DNA of 64,000 bases. Origin: Spirochaetales bacterium Spiro_12. Its GTDB lineage: Bacteria > Spirochaetota > Spirochaetia > Treponematales > Rectinemataceae. This document shows, one piece after another, positions 29,830 to 39,553 of the stretch (position 1 is the first letter of the stretch; each line of letters opens with the position of its first letter). The translations under genes and the position numbers were made by a program. The notes beneath the pieces are model-generated. The model saw only the letters and a list, made by a program, of their open reading frames with translations. It searched no databases and had not been told where the DNA came from. The stretch is from contig LVBN01000080.1 of the NCBI GenBank assembly GCA_001603165.1, positions 181 to 64,180 on the forward strand. The letters are read 5' to 3'.

Positions 29830-31875
29830 ACCAAGGCTTTGCTTTATGGCCCTGACGAGCTGCGCGGGAGTGAAGGGTTTTTCCAAAAGCAGAGAACCTT
29901 CGGGGATGTTTTGAATCTCTTTTTGTTCGATAGCGGAATCGGATTCCGAAAAGTCCTTCTCCCGGCCGCCATCCAGCCTTCCCGAGATGAAAACGCAGGG
30001 CGGTCTCGGAGCGGAAGACCGTTGGGCGAGGCGTTCATAGAAAGCAAAGCCGTCCAAGCCCGGCAAATTTATATCGATTACCAGGGCGTCAAAGGCCTGG
30101 CCTTCGCTCAGCAAGAGAGCCTCCCCCCCATTGCGCGCCAGGACCGCTTTCGCTCCCGCCTTCCCGACGATATAGGCGAGGAGACCGAGAAGGTCCTCGT
30201 CGTCGTCCACAATGAGAAGAGAAAGGCCCTTTGGAAGTTCCAAAGCTCCGTCCCGGGTCTCATAGCCCCAGTCCCCGGCCCCGAGGTTTTTCGTATCCGG
30301 ATTCGGGGCGTCCCGGGGCTCCATGCCGGGGCGCTCCGCGCTCTCAGGCGAAACGCCGACGAGGGGAAGCCAGAGACGAAATTCGCTCCCTTTCCCCTCC
30401 TGGCTAAGTAATTCCACGCCCCCGCCGGCGGCGCTTATGACGGAGTTGACTATGGCGAGACCCAGCCCCGTGCCCTTATGCGCGCCCTTCGTGGTAAAGA
30501 AAGGATCGAAGATTTTTTCGGAAAGTTCGGGTGAAATACCACATCCGGAATCCACGACGCTGATGATCGCGTAACAGCCCGGGGCCAATTCCCGTCCTCG
30601 AAGGCTGATGCCGCGTTTGAGTTCCCTAGGGGCTGCGAAAACGGCGATGGAGCCCGAGGGCGCTCCCTGAAGGGCATCCCTGGCGTTCACCACGAGATTC
30701 ATCAGCGCCTGCTCGATTTGGATCGGATCGATGAAAACCGAAAGCGACCGGCGGGGGATCTGGAAGGAAAAAAGAACCGATTCGCCGGCGAGCTTTTTGA
30801 GCATCCCCTCGGAGTCTCGCAGCAGCTGGACAAGATCGATCACCCTGGGCTTATAGGGCTGTTTTCGCGAAAAACCGAGCAATTGTCGGGTCAATCTGGT
30901 CGCCCTGTCGGTAGCGGCGCTTATGCCTTCTATATCCTTGTTTTCCGAGGATCCGGCGCTCAAATCCATGCGCAGCATTTCCGAATGCCCGATTATGGTG
31001 GTCAAAATATTGTTGAAGTCGTGGGCGATCCCCCCCGCGAGCTTGCCGAGGGCGTCCATCTTCTGGGATTGCATCAGCTCCTCTCTCAGGCGCTGCGCTT
31101 CCGTGAGGTCGAAAAATTCCCAGGACAGCAGACTTCCATATCGGGAATCGTCGAAACTCGATACGGAGACAAGGATTCTGAGCCCTCCGCCCCTGGAATT
31201 CTTCATATCGAGCTCCCTGCCCTGGATAGCCCCCTCCGATATGAAGCTATCCTTCAGGGAATTCCAGTCCGAGACAGAGGCGAAAAAATCTCCGATGGAA
31301 AAACTGGCGTCGCCGGGTGAAAAAAGCCTTCTAAACGCCCCATTGGCTTCGACGACCGTTCCTCCCGAAACCGTGAGACAGCGCGGGGAAAGGCTGAAAT
31401 CGAAAAGCTCCCGATATCGTTTTTCCTCGGCGCTGAGCCTTTTCTCCATCCGCACCCTATAAAGGGCGATTTCCAAGGTTCCAAGCAGGTCTTTGGCCGA
31501 AAAGGGCTTCACGAGGATGCCGAGAGCCTTGTCTCCTTCATCTTCCAGGTTAGGGGATTCGTCGGCGAGGGTCGCAAGGCAGATATAGGGCACTGAATGG
31601 ATTCCGCCTTCGGTTGTTCGGGTTTTCATCAGCGACGACAAATCCCGGCGAAGGTTTCGATCGATAACGAGTAGATCGAAGTTTTTCTCCGCCGCGGCGA
31701 GGTAGTCCAGGGCGCTGAAAAAAACGGACCCCGTTTCGTACCCCGCCCTCCCCAGGGTTTTCTGTATATCCAGGGCGAGGAGTGGGTTTTTTTCAACAAT
31801 TGCGATGCGCGCTTTTTTCGTTTTTTTCTCCGCCCGACCGCGGTTGGCAAAACACCCAGACGGTCTATCCAGCAT
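29806..31875 (-). CDS. Hybrid sensor histidine kinase/response regulator (REC-PAS-HisKA-HATPase-REC)
   Basis: N-terminal receiver (IAIVEKNP..LLVIDRNL..VKPF), H-box GGIAHDFNNILT, G-box GTGLGLAIV, C-terminal receiver (LLIVDDDEDLL..VIDINLPGLDG..EKPF). Confidence 0.9.
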   Translation of the reverse strand: MLDRPSGCFANRGRAEKKTKKARIAIVEKNPLLALDIQKTLGRAGYETGSVFFSALDYLAAAEKNFDLLVIDRNLRRDLSSLMKTRTTEGGIHSVPYICLATLADESPNLEDEGDKALGILVKPFSAKDLLGTLEIALYRVRMEKRLSAEEKRYRELFDFSLSPRCLTVSGGTVVEANGAFRRLFSPGDASFSIGDFFASVSDWNSLKDSFISEGAIQGRELDMKNSRGGGLRILVSVSSFDDSRYGSLLSWEFFDLTEAQRLREELMQSQKMDALGKLAGGIAHDFNNILTTIIGHSEMLRMDLSAGSSENKDIEGISAATDRATRLTRQLLGFSRKQPYKPRVIDLVQLLRDSEGMLKKLAGESVLFSFQIPRRSLSVFIDPIQIEQALMNLVVNARDALQGAPSGSIAVFAAPRELKRGISLRGRELAPGCYAIISVVDSGCGISPELSEKIFDPFFTTKGAHKGTGLGLAIVNSVISAAGGGVELLSQEGKGSEFRLWLPLVGVSPESAERPGMEPRDAPNPDTKNLGAGDWGYETRDGALELPKGLSLLIVDDDEDLLGLLAYIVGKAGAKAVLARNGGEALLLSEGQAFDALVIDINLPGLDGFAFYERLAQRSSAPRPPCVFISGRLDGGREKDFSESDSAIEQKEIQNIPEGSLLLEKPFTPAQLVRAIKQSLGSGKDFSV

Positions 31876-31879
31876 CGTA

Positions 31880-33772
31880 TTATATAAAATTGTTCATTTC
31901 CAGACTGAGAACAAGGCGCATAGTCCTTTCCAGATACCCCGAGGCGGGCGATTTCACGCTGATGTCGAAGCTCGCCAAACCCTCTGGGTAGTTTCCGCGG
32001 AAACGGGCGAATTTTATCAAGTCTCCCTCCCTCAGCCCCGACTCGTCCGCCGGAAGTCCCGGCCAGAGCTTTAGGATTTTGTAACTCCCGCCCGGCCCCC
32101 GGGGGCCGGAAATATGCTCAAGCAGCATCCCAGTCACAGCCTGAAGCAGATCCTCCGAGGCTTCGCTCTTCGCTTGCTTGATCATGGGGCTCTTGGGCAT
32201 TGCCTGGGTTTTTAGCAAAATATGTATCGGTTTCCCCTCGCGGACCAAGCTGAGGGCGCAAAGCGAATTCAAGGGCTTCCCCGTGAGCAGGTATTGGGCC
32301 TGGGATAGTTCCTTAATCGGCTGGCCATCGATAGCCAGCAGTCGATCTCCGGGCCTCACGGCCTGCCTCCAGGAGGAAACGTAGGATATCTCGAGCTGGC
32401 CGTCCAAAGTCTTCGCCAGGCCTAGGCCAATCCAGGAAAGCTCGATCTCGCCGCCTGCGAAGAGGGATGGAAGCAGACGCGATATCCAGGAAGGCGAAAG
32501 GGCGAAATTGAGCCCTTGAAAACCGCTCAGGCCGGCGAATATCAAGCCGACCACCCTGCCCTTCTCGTCGAGGAGCGGTCCGCCCGAACTCCCGGGATTG
32601 ACGGGAACATCGACCTGAAGGGCTTCGCCCCATGCTAGAATCCTTCTGCCCGGCGAGCTTATGATGCCCGAGGATACGCTGCTCTCGAGTCCCACCGGAC
32701 TACCGATCGCATACACCCTCAAGCCCTTGGCCGGGTCGTTCGAGGAGTGAAGATAGAGTGTTCTGGCCGAAGCTTCGCTCTTGAGAAGGGCGACATCCAG
32801 TTCCTTGTTCCATCCGACGACCTTCCCGGGAATCCGCGCCTCGGGCTTGTCGAAGGGACGGATGCTGAGACTGGAGTAGCCTTCATACCCGGGATCGACT
32901 TCCGAGGCAATGACATGATAATTGCTCAGGTAATAGCCCTGATCATCCACCTGAAAGGCGCTTCCCAACACCCTGTCGGGATAGGCAAGGCCGCGTTGAA
33001 GTTTCAAGCCCTTGTCCACATGAACGGTGACAACTCCCTCGGCCAACTCGGCCAGACTCGCCTTAGGATTATTGGAAAATCCTTCCGGCTCCTGCTCTGC
33101 CCGGCCATCATCGCTCTGGGCTGACTTGCTCGTGGAACCTGGCTTCAAAAGCGATGAGAGTCGCTCGGATGTGAAGTCGTCTCCTTTCGTCCGGCTTCGT
33201 TCCAGCCAAAGAGTTAAATATGAAGCCTCGGGAACAATCCGCGCGTCCCCGGACGCGGCAAGGGTATCCAGGATTCTGTTGAGATAATTCACCCCGGGCG
33301 CATAGAGTCCCTTGGCATAGAATTCCTCGCTCCTGGCCTGAAGCACCCTGAGCCGGGATTTTTCCAGCCGGGAGTTATCGCCGTTAAAATAATTTTTCAA
33401 AATCCCGCTATCGGAAAGGATGAATCGCGCCGCCTCCAAAGAGGCGAGGCTCCTTTCGGCCTCGGCCCATCTGCCTTCGGCTTCTTCCTGCTCCAAACGT
33501 TCGAGCAGGCGCGCAAGGGACTTATCCTCCAGGTCTTTCCATGAGGAGGAAAGGACAGGATCATCCAATCCCTTCGTCCTGAGCGCCGATATCGTTTCGA
33601 GGCAGGATTCGGGGTCTTCCTTGGAGACCAGCTGGAGTTGTTCGATGCTCAGGTTTTGGAAGTCCCGCCCGGCGAGGCCGTTGACGGGCGCGTGGACGCA
33701 GGAAAACAAAAGCAGAGCCGCGGCGAGCGCTAAGAGGACATTCCCTAGAGTATTCCGTAGCCCTTGGTTCAT
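31880..33772 (-). CDS. Lipoprotein S1C (HtrA/DegP-like) serine protease with N-terminal helical domain and PDZ domains
   Basis: Signal peptide plus lipobox LLFSC. Catalytic triad context SNYHVI / DVALLK / NPGSSGGPL. Two PDZ-like segments (RPGDRLLAIDGQPI; LREGDLIKF). Confidence 0.85.
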   Translation of the reverse strand: MNQGLRNTLGNVLLALAAALLLFSCVHAPVNGLAGRDFQNLSIEQLQLVSKEDPESCLETISALRTKGLDDPVLSSSWKDLEDKSLARLLERLEQEEAEGRWAEAERSLASLEAARFILSDSGILKNYFNGDNSRLEKSRLRVLQARSEEFYAKGLYAPGVNYLNRILDTLAASGDARIVPEASYLTLWLERSRTKGDDFTSERLSSLLKPGSTSKSAQSDDGRAEQEPEGFSNNPKASLAELAEGVVTVHVDKGLKLQRGLAYPDRVLGSAFQVDDQGYYLSNYHVIASEVDPGYEGYSSLSIRPFDKPEARIPGKVVGWNKELDVALLKSEASARTLYLHSSNDPAKGLRVYAIGSPVGLESSVSSGIISSPGRRILAWGEALQVDVPVNPGSSGGPLLDEKGRVVGLIFAGLSGFQGLNFALSPSWISRLLPSLFAGGEIELSWIGLGLAKTLDGQLEISYVSSWRQAVRPGDRLLAIDGQPIKELSQAQYLLTGKPLNSLCALSLVREGKPIHILLKTQAMPKSPMIKQAKSEASEDLLQAVTGMLLEHISGPRGPGGSYKILKLWPGLPADESGLREGDLIKFARFRGNYPEGLASFDISVKSPASGYLERTMRLVLSLEMNNFI

Positions 33773-33783
33773 GGGCGGCAGGA

Positions 33784-35667
33784 TCAGGCCTCGCTGGGCT
33801 GTATTGGCGGAGCTATCTCGAGACCCAGGATCTGTCGGACATCCAAATCTTCCAGGGTTTCTTTTTGAACAAGCTCAGCGGCCAATCGGTCCAACCTTTG
33901 CCGTTCCCGGGATAAGATTTCCATTGCTCTGCCCAAGGCCCCCTCGAGGAGGGTCTTTATCGCGTTGTCGATTTTTTTCGCGGTATCCTCGGAATAGTCC
34001 TTATGTCTGGCGATTTCCTTGCCGAGAAAGATTGGCTCGTCCTCCTGTCCGTAGGCGATGGGGCTCAAGTCTTCGCCCATTCCCCATTCGCAGACCATGG
34101 AACGGGCCATGTCGGTGGCCTGCCGCAGATCCTGGGCCGTGCCGGTGGTCGTTTCGCCGTAAACGATTTTTTCCGCCGCGTAGCCGCCATAGGTGATGAC
34201 AAGTCTGTCGAAAAGCCAGCCCTTGGAGCGGGAATAGTAGTCCTTGTCGGGCAGCGAAAGCGCAAGCCCCAGGGCCCTGCCCCGGGGAACTATGGTTACC
34301 TTGTGCAGCGGATCGGCGTGGGGAAGGAAGTAATGGAGCAACGCGTGACCCGATTCGTGCACAGCCGTGGCCTTTTTCTCTTCTTCGGTAATGACAAGGC
34401 TGGTTCTTGCCACGCCCATGAGTATCTTGTCCCTGGCGTCCTCGAAATCATCCATCTCCACCGTCGTTTTGGACTTGCGGATGGCGAAAAGGGCAGCCTC
34501 GTTGACGAGGTTGGCCAGATCGGCTCCCGATGTGCCGGGGGTGGCCTTGGCGAGCTTTCCCACATCGACGGAATCGCTGACGGGGATGTTGCCCATATGG
34601 ATCTTCAGTATGGCTTCGCGCTCCGCGACATCGGGCATGGCGACCACCACCTGTCTGTCGAAGCGGCCGGGGCGCAGCAGTGCCGGGTCGAGAACATCGG
34701 GACGGTTGGTCGCCGCGAGAATGATCACCCCATCCTTGGTATCGAAGCCATCCATTTCGACGAGCATCTGGTTGAGGGTCTGTTCCCGCTCGTCGTGGCC
34801 TCCGCCATAACCCGCGCCCCTTGTGCGCCCCACGGCGTCCAGTTCGTCGATGAAAAGAATACAGGGGGCGCTCTTCCTGCCCTGTTCGAAAAGGTCCCGC
34901 ACGCGGCTCGCGCCGACGCCGACGAACATTTCGACAAAATCCGAACCCGACATATGGAAAAAGGGTACATTCGCCTCGCCGGCCGTCGCCTTCGCGATGA
35001 GGGTTTTCCCCGTGCCCGGCATACCCACCAGGAGGACGCCTTTGGGTATCTTAGCGCCCATCTTGGCGAATTTTTGCGGATTCTTAAGATAATCCACCAC
35101 TTCCATCAGCTCGTACTTGGCCTCTTTCTGGCCGGCCACATCGTCGAAGGTCGTCTTCTTGTTGGGGTCCACATATCGCTTAGCCCTGCTCTTGCCGAAT
35201 TGGAAGGCCTTGTTGTTGCCCTGCATCTGCCGCATCATGATCCAGATGAGGAAAAAGCCGAAAAACCAGGGGGCGAGTTCGAAAAGGATCCGCAGCGGAC
35301 TGGTGCCAGCCACAGCGCCCGAGACTTTTACGTTTTTTTGCCTGAGCTGGGAGAGCAATTCGAGATCGAAGTAGGGAATGGAGGTTGAAAATTCCACCAA
35401 GGAGCCATCAACGGACTTGAGGTACCCCTTGATTTCTTTCTGGTCTACAATCTGTACCGTATCCACTTCCCCGAGTTCCACATAGGAGAGGAAGGCCGAG
35501 TAGGGAATCTGTCTCGCCTGGGATTTATCGCTGAAAAAGAAGAACGAGGCGAAAAGAACCAATAAGGAAAGAAATACCGCCAAGGCCGCCCTATTGGCCT
35601 TGGGCGGTCCACCTTGAGGAAGTTCCGGACGCCGGGGGCTGCGATCCTGCTTGTTGTCGTCGGACAT
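33784..35667 (-). CDS. ftsH: ATP-dependent zinc metalloprotease FtsH
   Basis: Walker A GMPGTGKT, Walker B IDELDAVG, second region of homology, zinc motif HESGHAL. Confidence 0.98.
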   Translation of the reverse strand: MSDDNKQDRSPRRPELPQGGPPKANRAALAVFLSLLVLFASFFFFSDKSQARQIPYSAFLSYVELGEVDTVQIVDQKEIKGYLKSVDGSLVEFSTSIPYFDLELLSQLRQKNVKVSGAVAGTSPLRILFELAPWFFGFFLIWIMMRQMQGNNKAFQFGKSRAKRYVDPNKKTTFDDVAGQKEAKYELMEVVDYLKNPQKFAKMGAKIPKGVLLVGMPGTGKTLIAKATAGEANVPFFHMSGSDFVEMFVGVGASRVRDLFEQGRKSAPCILFIDELDAVGRTRGAGYGGGHDEREQTLNQMLVEMDGFDTKDGVIILAATNRPDVLDPALLRPGRFDRQVVVAMPDVAEREAILKIHMGNIPVSDSVDVGKLAKATPGTSGADLANLVNEAALFAIRKSKTTVEMDDFEDARDKILMGVARTSLVITEEEKKATAVHESGHALLHYFLPHADPLHKVTIVPRGRALGLALSLPDKDYYSRSKGWLFDRLVITYGGYAAEKIVYGETTTGTAQDLRQATDMARSMVCEWGMGEDLSPIAYGQEDEPIFLGKEIARHKDYSEDTAKKIDNAIKTLLEGALGRAMEILSRERQRLDRLAAELVQKETLEDLDVRQILGLEIAPPIQPSEA

Positions 35668-37119
35668 CTAAAAATAAGCTCCTTTAATACGTATGACAAA
35701 ACTCCTACCCTTCAAGGGCCCGGAGTAATCCCTAAACTTATGTTGTCCATATCCGAGTCCTTCCAGGGAATCGGCGAGAACCGCGACGATGCCATTCCGG
35801 TCTTCCACCAGGGGCACGAACTCCCTATGCCTGCCCTCGATCCCCCAGTCCGATAAAAGCTCGTCGATCCTCCGGTCTTTTCCGCCGGAGCGTATCGTAT
35901 CCCCGGGTTTTCTGCTCCTGATCGCCAGGGGAAAACTGAAAGAACCTTCCGCCAAGGCTGAAACCGAAACGGCTTCGACACTGTCGTTTTTCTCTTCGGG
36001 CTTATCCCAGTAGCAATGGATTTCCATCGATCCGGCTCGGCGGACAGCTTCGTCTGCGACAAGGAAAAAATACCCGCCTTCTTTACGAAAATCAAGTATA
36101 GGGAGGATTTGTAACAGTTCGCCGCCGATTATCAGCCGGTACCGTAAAAGATCGCAGGCTTGGGCGCCAAAGGAGAGCGCGCGACAGGCTTCCCTCATGG
36201 CCCGATAGGAGAGCCGGCTCCTTCCCGTAAGCCGCTGCATGCACCGTGTTAACAGCCGTACGCGCAGGCTCTCGGGCAAACCGAGAAAAACCTTAAGCTC
36301 CATAGAGGCGGATCGCCCCGATTCGGAAAATCTGATCTTGCCATAGGCCTCGAGAAGGAGTCCGGCGAGGATTTCGCCATCCGCCGCCAGCCTGCCCGCG
36401 GTGGACTCAAGCCCCTTTCTCCATCCCGGGAACTCCCTGTCCAAGACGGGAACCAGGTACTTGCGAATTTTATTTCTCAGATATACCGGAGAGTCGTTGC
36501 TGGAGTCCTGGGACACCTTGAGCGCCTTCATCGACGCGTACGCTTCGATCGCGCTCCGCGGAATCGATAACAGCGGCCGGCAAAGCCGGACTGTGCCGCC
36601 GAGCCTGCGGCTGCCGAGCCTGCGGCTCTTGGGCATTCCCTTGAGACCCTCGAAACTCGAAGAACCGAGAAATCGTCCCAGCAGGGTTTCCAGTTGGTCG
36701 TCGGCGTTGTGGGCGGTGCAAACGATGCCGCACCCGTACTTCCTGGCCTCCCGGAGCAAAATCCCGTAGCGAAGCTCCCTGGCGGCCGCTTCTATGCCGA
36801 TCCCCTTCCCTCTCGCCCGTTTTTCGATCGAACCGGGTTTGATGGTGGCTATTCGCAAAGGTAGTTTGAGCGCCCCGCAGTAGTCTCGAATGAGCTGTCG
36901 CTCCAAGGCTAGTTCTTTTTCGGGCCGAAGATTGTGGACCACATGGAGCACCCGAAGAGACGAAAGGCCAAGCCCGGCGAGGACGTTCAGGAGCACGGTG
37001 GAATCGATGCCCCCGGAATAGGCTACGAGTATCCCGCCTGCGAATCCTACCTCGGCGAGCTCCTTCGATATCGCCTCGTTGACGATCCGTACCATATCCG
37101 CGTCAGATTTCATTTTCAC
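35668..37119 (-). CDS. tilS: tRNA(Ile)-lysidine synthase
   Basis: PP-loop VAYSGGIDSTVLL. GTG start with AGGAAGGG SD. The stop abuts the ftsH start codon. Confidence 0.88.
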   Translation of the reverse strand: MKMKSDADMVRIVNEAISKELAEVGFAGGILVAYSGGIDSTVLLNVLAGLGLSSLRVLHVVHNLRPEKELALERQLIRDYCGALKLPLRIATIKPGSIEKRARGKGIGIEAAARELRYGILLREARKYGCGIVCTAHNADDQLETLLGRFLGSSSFEGLKGMPKSRRLGSRRLGGTVRLCRPLLSIPRSAIEAYASMKALKVSQDSSNDSPVYLRNKIRKYLVPVLDREFPGWRKGLESTAGRLAADGEILAGLLLEAYGKIRFSESGRSASMELKVFLGLPESLRVRLLTRCMQRLTGRSRLSYRAMREACRALSFGAQACDLLRYRLIIGGELLQILPILDFRKEGGYFFLVADEAVRRAGSMEIHCYWDKPEEKNDSVEAVSVSALAEGSFSFPLAIRSRKPGDTIRSGGKDRRIDELLSDWGIEGRHREFVPLVEDRNGIVAVLADSLEGLGYGQHKFRDYSGPLKGRSFVIRIKGAYF

Positions 37120-37141
37120 CGCTCCCGGCCCTTCCTTCGAT

Positions 37142-37186
37142 AAAAAGGGCAGGTCCGCGGGATACTCCCGGAGACCTGCCCTTTTC
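37142..37186 (-). terminator. Rho-independent terminator downstream of rplY (hairpin also U-flanked on the plus strand)
   Basis: 9-bp GC stem GGGCAGGTC(37147-37155)/GACCTGCCC(37173-37181). On the minus strand it is followed by TTTTTATCG. Confidence 0.75.
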
Positions 37187-37206
37187 GAAAAAAGTGGATA
37201 GCCCGC

Positions 37207-37860
37207 TCAGGCCTTGGCCTCGGCTTCCGGAGTCTCGGCGGATTGCGCCTCGGCGCCGGCCCCGGTCCCCGCTTCGGCAGCGACCTCGGCGACAGCTTCG
37301 ACCTTCTCTTCCCTGGCGAATTTAACGATCGCGATGACCGTATCGGGGTTGGTAAGAACCTTCACATCCTTCATCTGGGCCAGATCGCGGACATGGAGAG
37401 CGTGGTTAGCCTCCAGACTGGAAACGTCCACCTCGATACGCTCGGGCAGGACGGAGGGATCGCATTCCACCTCGATATCATGGGCCGGGTTTTCGAGGAC
37501 TCCGCCTTCCAGGACGCCCTTGGGGGTGCCTTTGAGAACCAGCCGCACATGGGCGTGGAGCTTTTTGCCTTCTTCCACTTCGAGAAAATCGATATGGAGG
37601 ACGTTCTTGTCCACCGCGTGGCGCTGGTGTTCCTTGGCGAAAACATTCAGCTTCTTGCCCTCCACATCGAGGGTGATTATGGTACTCTCGGTGATACTCT
37701 TCAAAGCCCTTTCGTATTCGCTGGCGTAGACGAAAAGATTATTAGCCGCCTTGCCGGCCCCATAGACTACAGCGGGAATTTTCCCCGCTTTTCTGTTCTC
37801 GTTGAGATAGCCCTTGGTGGACTTCTTTCTATCGAAAGCTTGAAGTACAAAATGTTCCAT
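37207..37860 (-). CDS. rplY: 50S ribosomal protein L25, Ctc (general stress protein) form
   Basis: Start trimmed to ATG 37860 (AAGGAG SD). RKAGKIPAVVYG N-terminal L25 motif plus a Ctc C-terminal domain and an Ala/Glu-rich tail. Confidence 0.92.
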   Translation of the reverse strand: MEHFVLQAFDRKKSTKGYLNENRKAGKIPAVVYGAGKAANNLFVYASEYERALKSITESTIITLDVEGKKLNVFAKEHQRHAVDKNVLHIDFLEVEEGKKLHAHVRLVLKGTPKGVLEGGVLENPAHDIEVECDPSVLPERIEVDVSSLEANHALHVRDLAQMKDVKVLTNPDTVIAIVKFAREEKVEAVAEVAAEAGTGAGAEAQSAETPEAEAKA

Positions 37861-37900
37861 CTGGAATCTCCTTACCACATTCGGCCATAACTGTGCCGTA

Positions 37901-37972
37901 CTGGGACGGCAGGATTCGAACCTGCGAATACCGGGACCAAAACCCGGGGGCTTACCGCTTGCCGACGTCCCA
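37901..37972 (-). tRNA. tRNA-Gln (anticodon UUG), CCA not encoded
   Basis: Hand-folded cloverleaf: UGGGACG / UC / GGC-AAGCGGUAA-GCC / C / CCGGG-UUUUGGU-CCCGG / UAUUC / GCAGG-UUCGAAU-CCUGC / CGUCCCA / G. Architecture parallels E. coli tRNA-Gln. Confidence 0.93.
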
Positions 37973-38011
37973 AGAACGCGAGTGCAAACACAAGGTTGGA
38001 TGCGTGTCGGA

Positions 38012-38296
38012 TCAGTCGAACTCGGGGACCGTCTGGTCGTTTCCGGGAGCAGAGGCGTAGGCTGCGAGAATCTTTTCCTGAAGTCTCGTCCTGAAATCGG
38101 GACATATGGGATGCGCTATATCCTTATATTCCCCAGTATTCGTCCTTCTGCTAGGCATGGCGATGAAGACGCCGTTTTTCCCCTCGATGATCTTGACATT
38201 GTGCACCACGAAGCATTCATCGAAGGTGACGGTGACATACGCCTTCAATTTTCCTTCAGTCGGAACCTTGCGGATTCGGATGTCCGTAATTTCCAT
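38012..38296 (-). CDS. spoVG: Regulatory protein SpoVG
   Basis: [48 protein letters not shown] is the canonical SpoVG fold sequence. AAGGAG SD. Confidence 0.95.
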   Translation of the reverse strand: MEITDIRIRKVPTEGKLKAYVTVTFDECFVVHNVKIIEGKNGVFIAMPSRRTNTGEYKDIAHPICPDFRTRLQEKILAAYASAPGNDQTVPEFD

Positions 38297-38339
38297 AGCA
38301 AGGACGCTCCTTTTGTGTACACAGCTACATGGGTTGATT

Positions 38340-39323
38340 CTAGCCTAGTCTAAGACTTGTTTCAAGCGGTTTTATTGCATGCAACCCCATGCCGTACAAG
38401 AGCTTTCCAGTCGCTCCCCCCACAGCAGCCTCCAGCAGCCGCTCTTTGGCTTCCAGGGCTTTTTCCGGGTTGTCGAAAAGTCCGTAAATAGAGGAACCCG
38501 ATCCGCTTATGGAGACGAAGGCAGCCCCCGCGGAGCGTAAAAGCAAATCTAATCTCCCGTATGCCGGGTATTCTCTATAAAGCAGAGGGGCGAAATCGTT
38601 AACGAATCCCCAATCGGACAAGGGCTTTTCCAGTTCTTCGACGATTTCCCTTTTTTTCGCCTCCACAGCCCGGGCATCCCATTGGCATAGGTCCGCATAC
38701 CCGCGCCGCCCCGCCCTATAGGAGTCCAGGGCGCCGTACGCCCAGGGGGTGGCTACGCCAAAAGACGGCTGGATGAGGAGAATCCCGAATTCCCGGGAAG
38801 ACGGAAGCCTTTCGATCAGCTCCCCCCTGCCGTGGACCAGGGCCGTCCCGCCGTTGAAAAAAAAGGGCACATCCGAGCCGACGGAGAGACCGAGTTCCGC
38901 GATTTCCCCTGGGCCGAGGCCGGTGCTGAAGGCTTTATTCAATAGGACCAAAAGCGCGGCGGCATCGGCGGAGCCGCCCCCGAGCCCGGCTTTCGCCGGT
39001 ATACCCTTATCGACCTCTATTCGAAGCCTTGCCCCGATGCCCAGGCCTCGCAGGAAAACTATGGCGGCCTTGTACAGGGTCGTCGCTTCCGGGGGGCAAT
39101 CGAAATCGCCGACCACGACCACTTCGCCCTCCTTTCCGCCCCCGCCCCCCCGGGAAGTTCCACCCCTATCCCCGTCTTCCCACCAGCGCAGGACGATATG
39201 GTCGCTCAGCGATACACTCTGAAAAAGGCTCATGATGGGGTGATAGGAGTCGGAGGACCTGGGTCCTATACGAAGGCCAATATTTATTTTGGCGAAGGCC
39301 GTGGCGCCGAGTCTGTTGTCCAT
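38340..39323 (-). CDS. ispE: 4-diphosphocytidyl-2-C-methyl-D-erythritol kinase
   Basis: [10 protein letters not shown]-terminus and GHMP ATP motif [20 protein letters not shown] 39323 is preferred over ORF-track TTG 39332, which abuts the predicted -10 box. Confidence 0.9.
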   Translation of the reverse strand: MDNRLGATAFAKINIGLRIGPRSSDSYHPIMSLFQSVSLSDHIVLRWWEDGDRGGTSRGGGGGKEGEVVVVGDFDCPPEATTLYKAAIVFLRGLGIGARLRIEVDKGIPAKAGLGGGSADAAALLVLLNKAFSTGLGPGEIAELGLSVGSDVPFFFNGGTALVHGRGELIERLPSSREFGILLIQPSFGVATPWAYGALDSYRAGRRGYADLCQWDARAVEAKKREIVEELEKPLSDWGFVNDFAPLLYREYPAYGRLDLLLRSAGAAFVSISGSGSSIYGLFDNPEKALEAKERLLEAAVGGATGKLLYGMGLHAIKPLETSLRLG

Positions 39324-39332
39324 ATCGGCCAA

Positions 39333-39361
39333 AATCTAACCCTGGGATTCCTTTCTGTCAA
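39333..39361 (-). promoter_or_regulatory. Candidate promoter of ispE (near-leaderless)
   Basis: Minus strand TTGACA(39361-39356)-17 nt-TAGATT(39338-39333), then 9 nt to ATG 39323. No SD. Confidence 0.5.
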
Positions 39362-39421
39362 AGCCCCGGGACCGGATAAACGCTTATTGCCTACTTTTCA
39401 CAAAAAAATATCGATACATAG

Positions 39422-39450
39422 TTGACAGATTCCGATATGCTCTTTAGATT
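39422..39450 (+). promoter_or_regulatory. Candidate promoter of the acidic-protein gene
   Basis: TTGACA(39422-39427)-17 nt-TAGATT(39445-39450). The predicted 5' UTR is about 97 nt, ending in a GGGAGGA SD. Confidence 0.5.
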
Positions 39451-39553
39451 TTCGTTGCCAGGACGCCTTGAAAGGACTTGACGCTCCTGAAGTTTCTTCG
39501 CATAGTTCGCAAAACGCTGTCGTGTTGAAGCAGAGGAAAGGGAGGATGCGACC

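Noticed and set aside
36598-36627. Checked the window for CRISPR-like or IS-like repeats.
   Set aside because: Only this single in-gene 15-bp tandem duplication and the codon-level GAY repeats at 39660-39870 were found. There are no spaced direct repeats, terminal inverted repeats or transposase ORFs.
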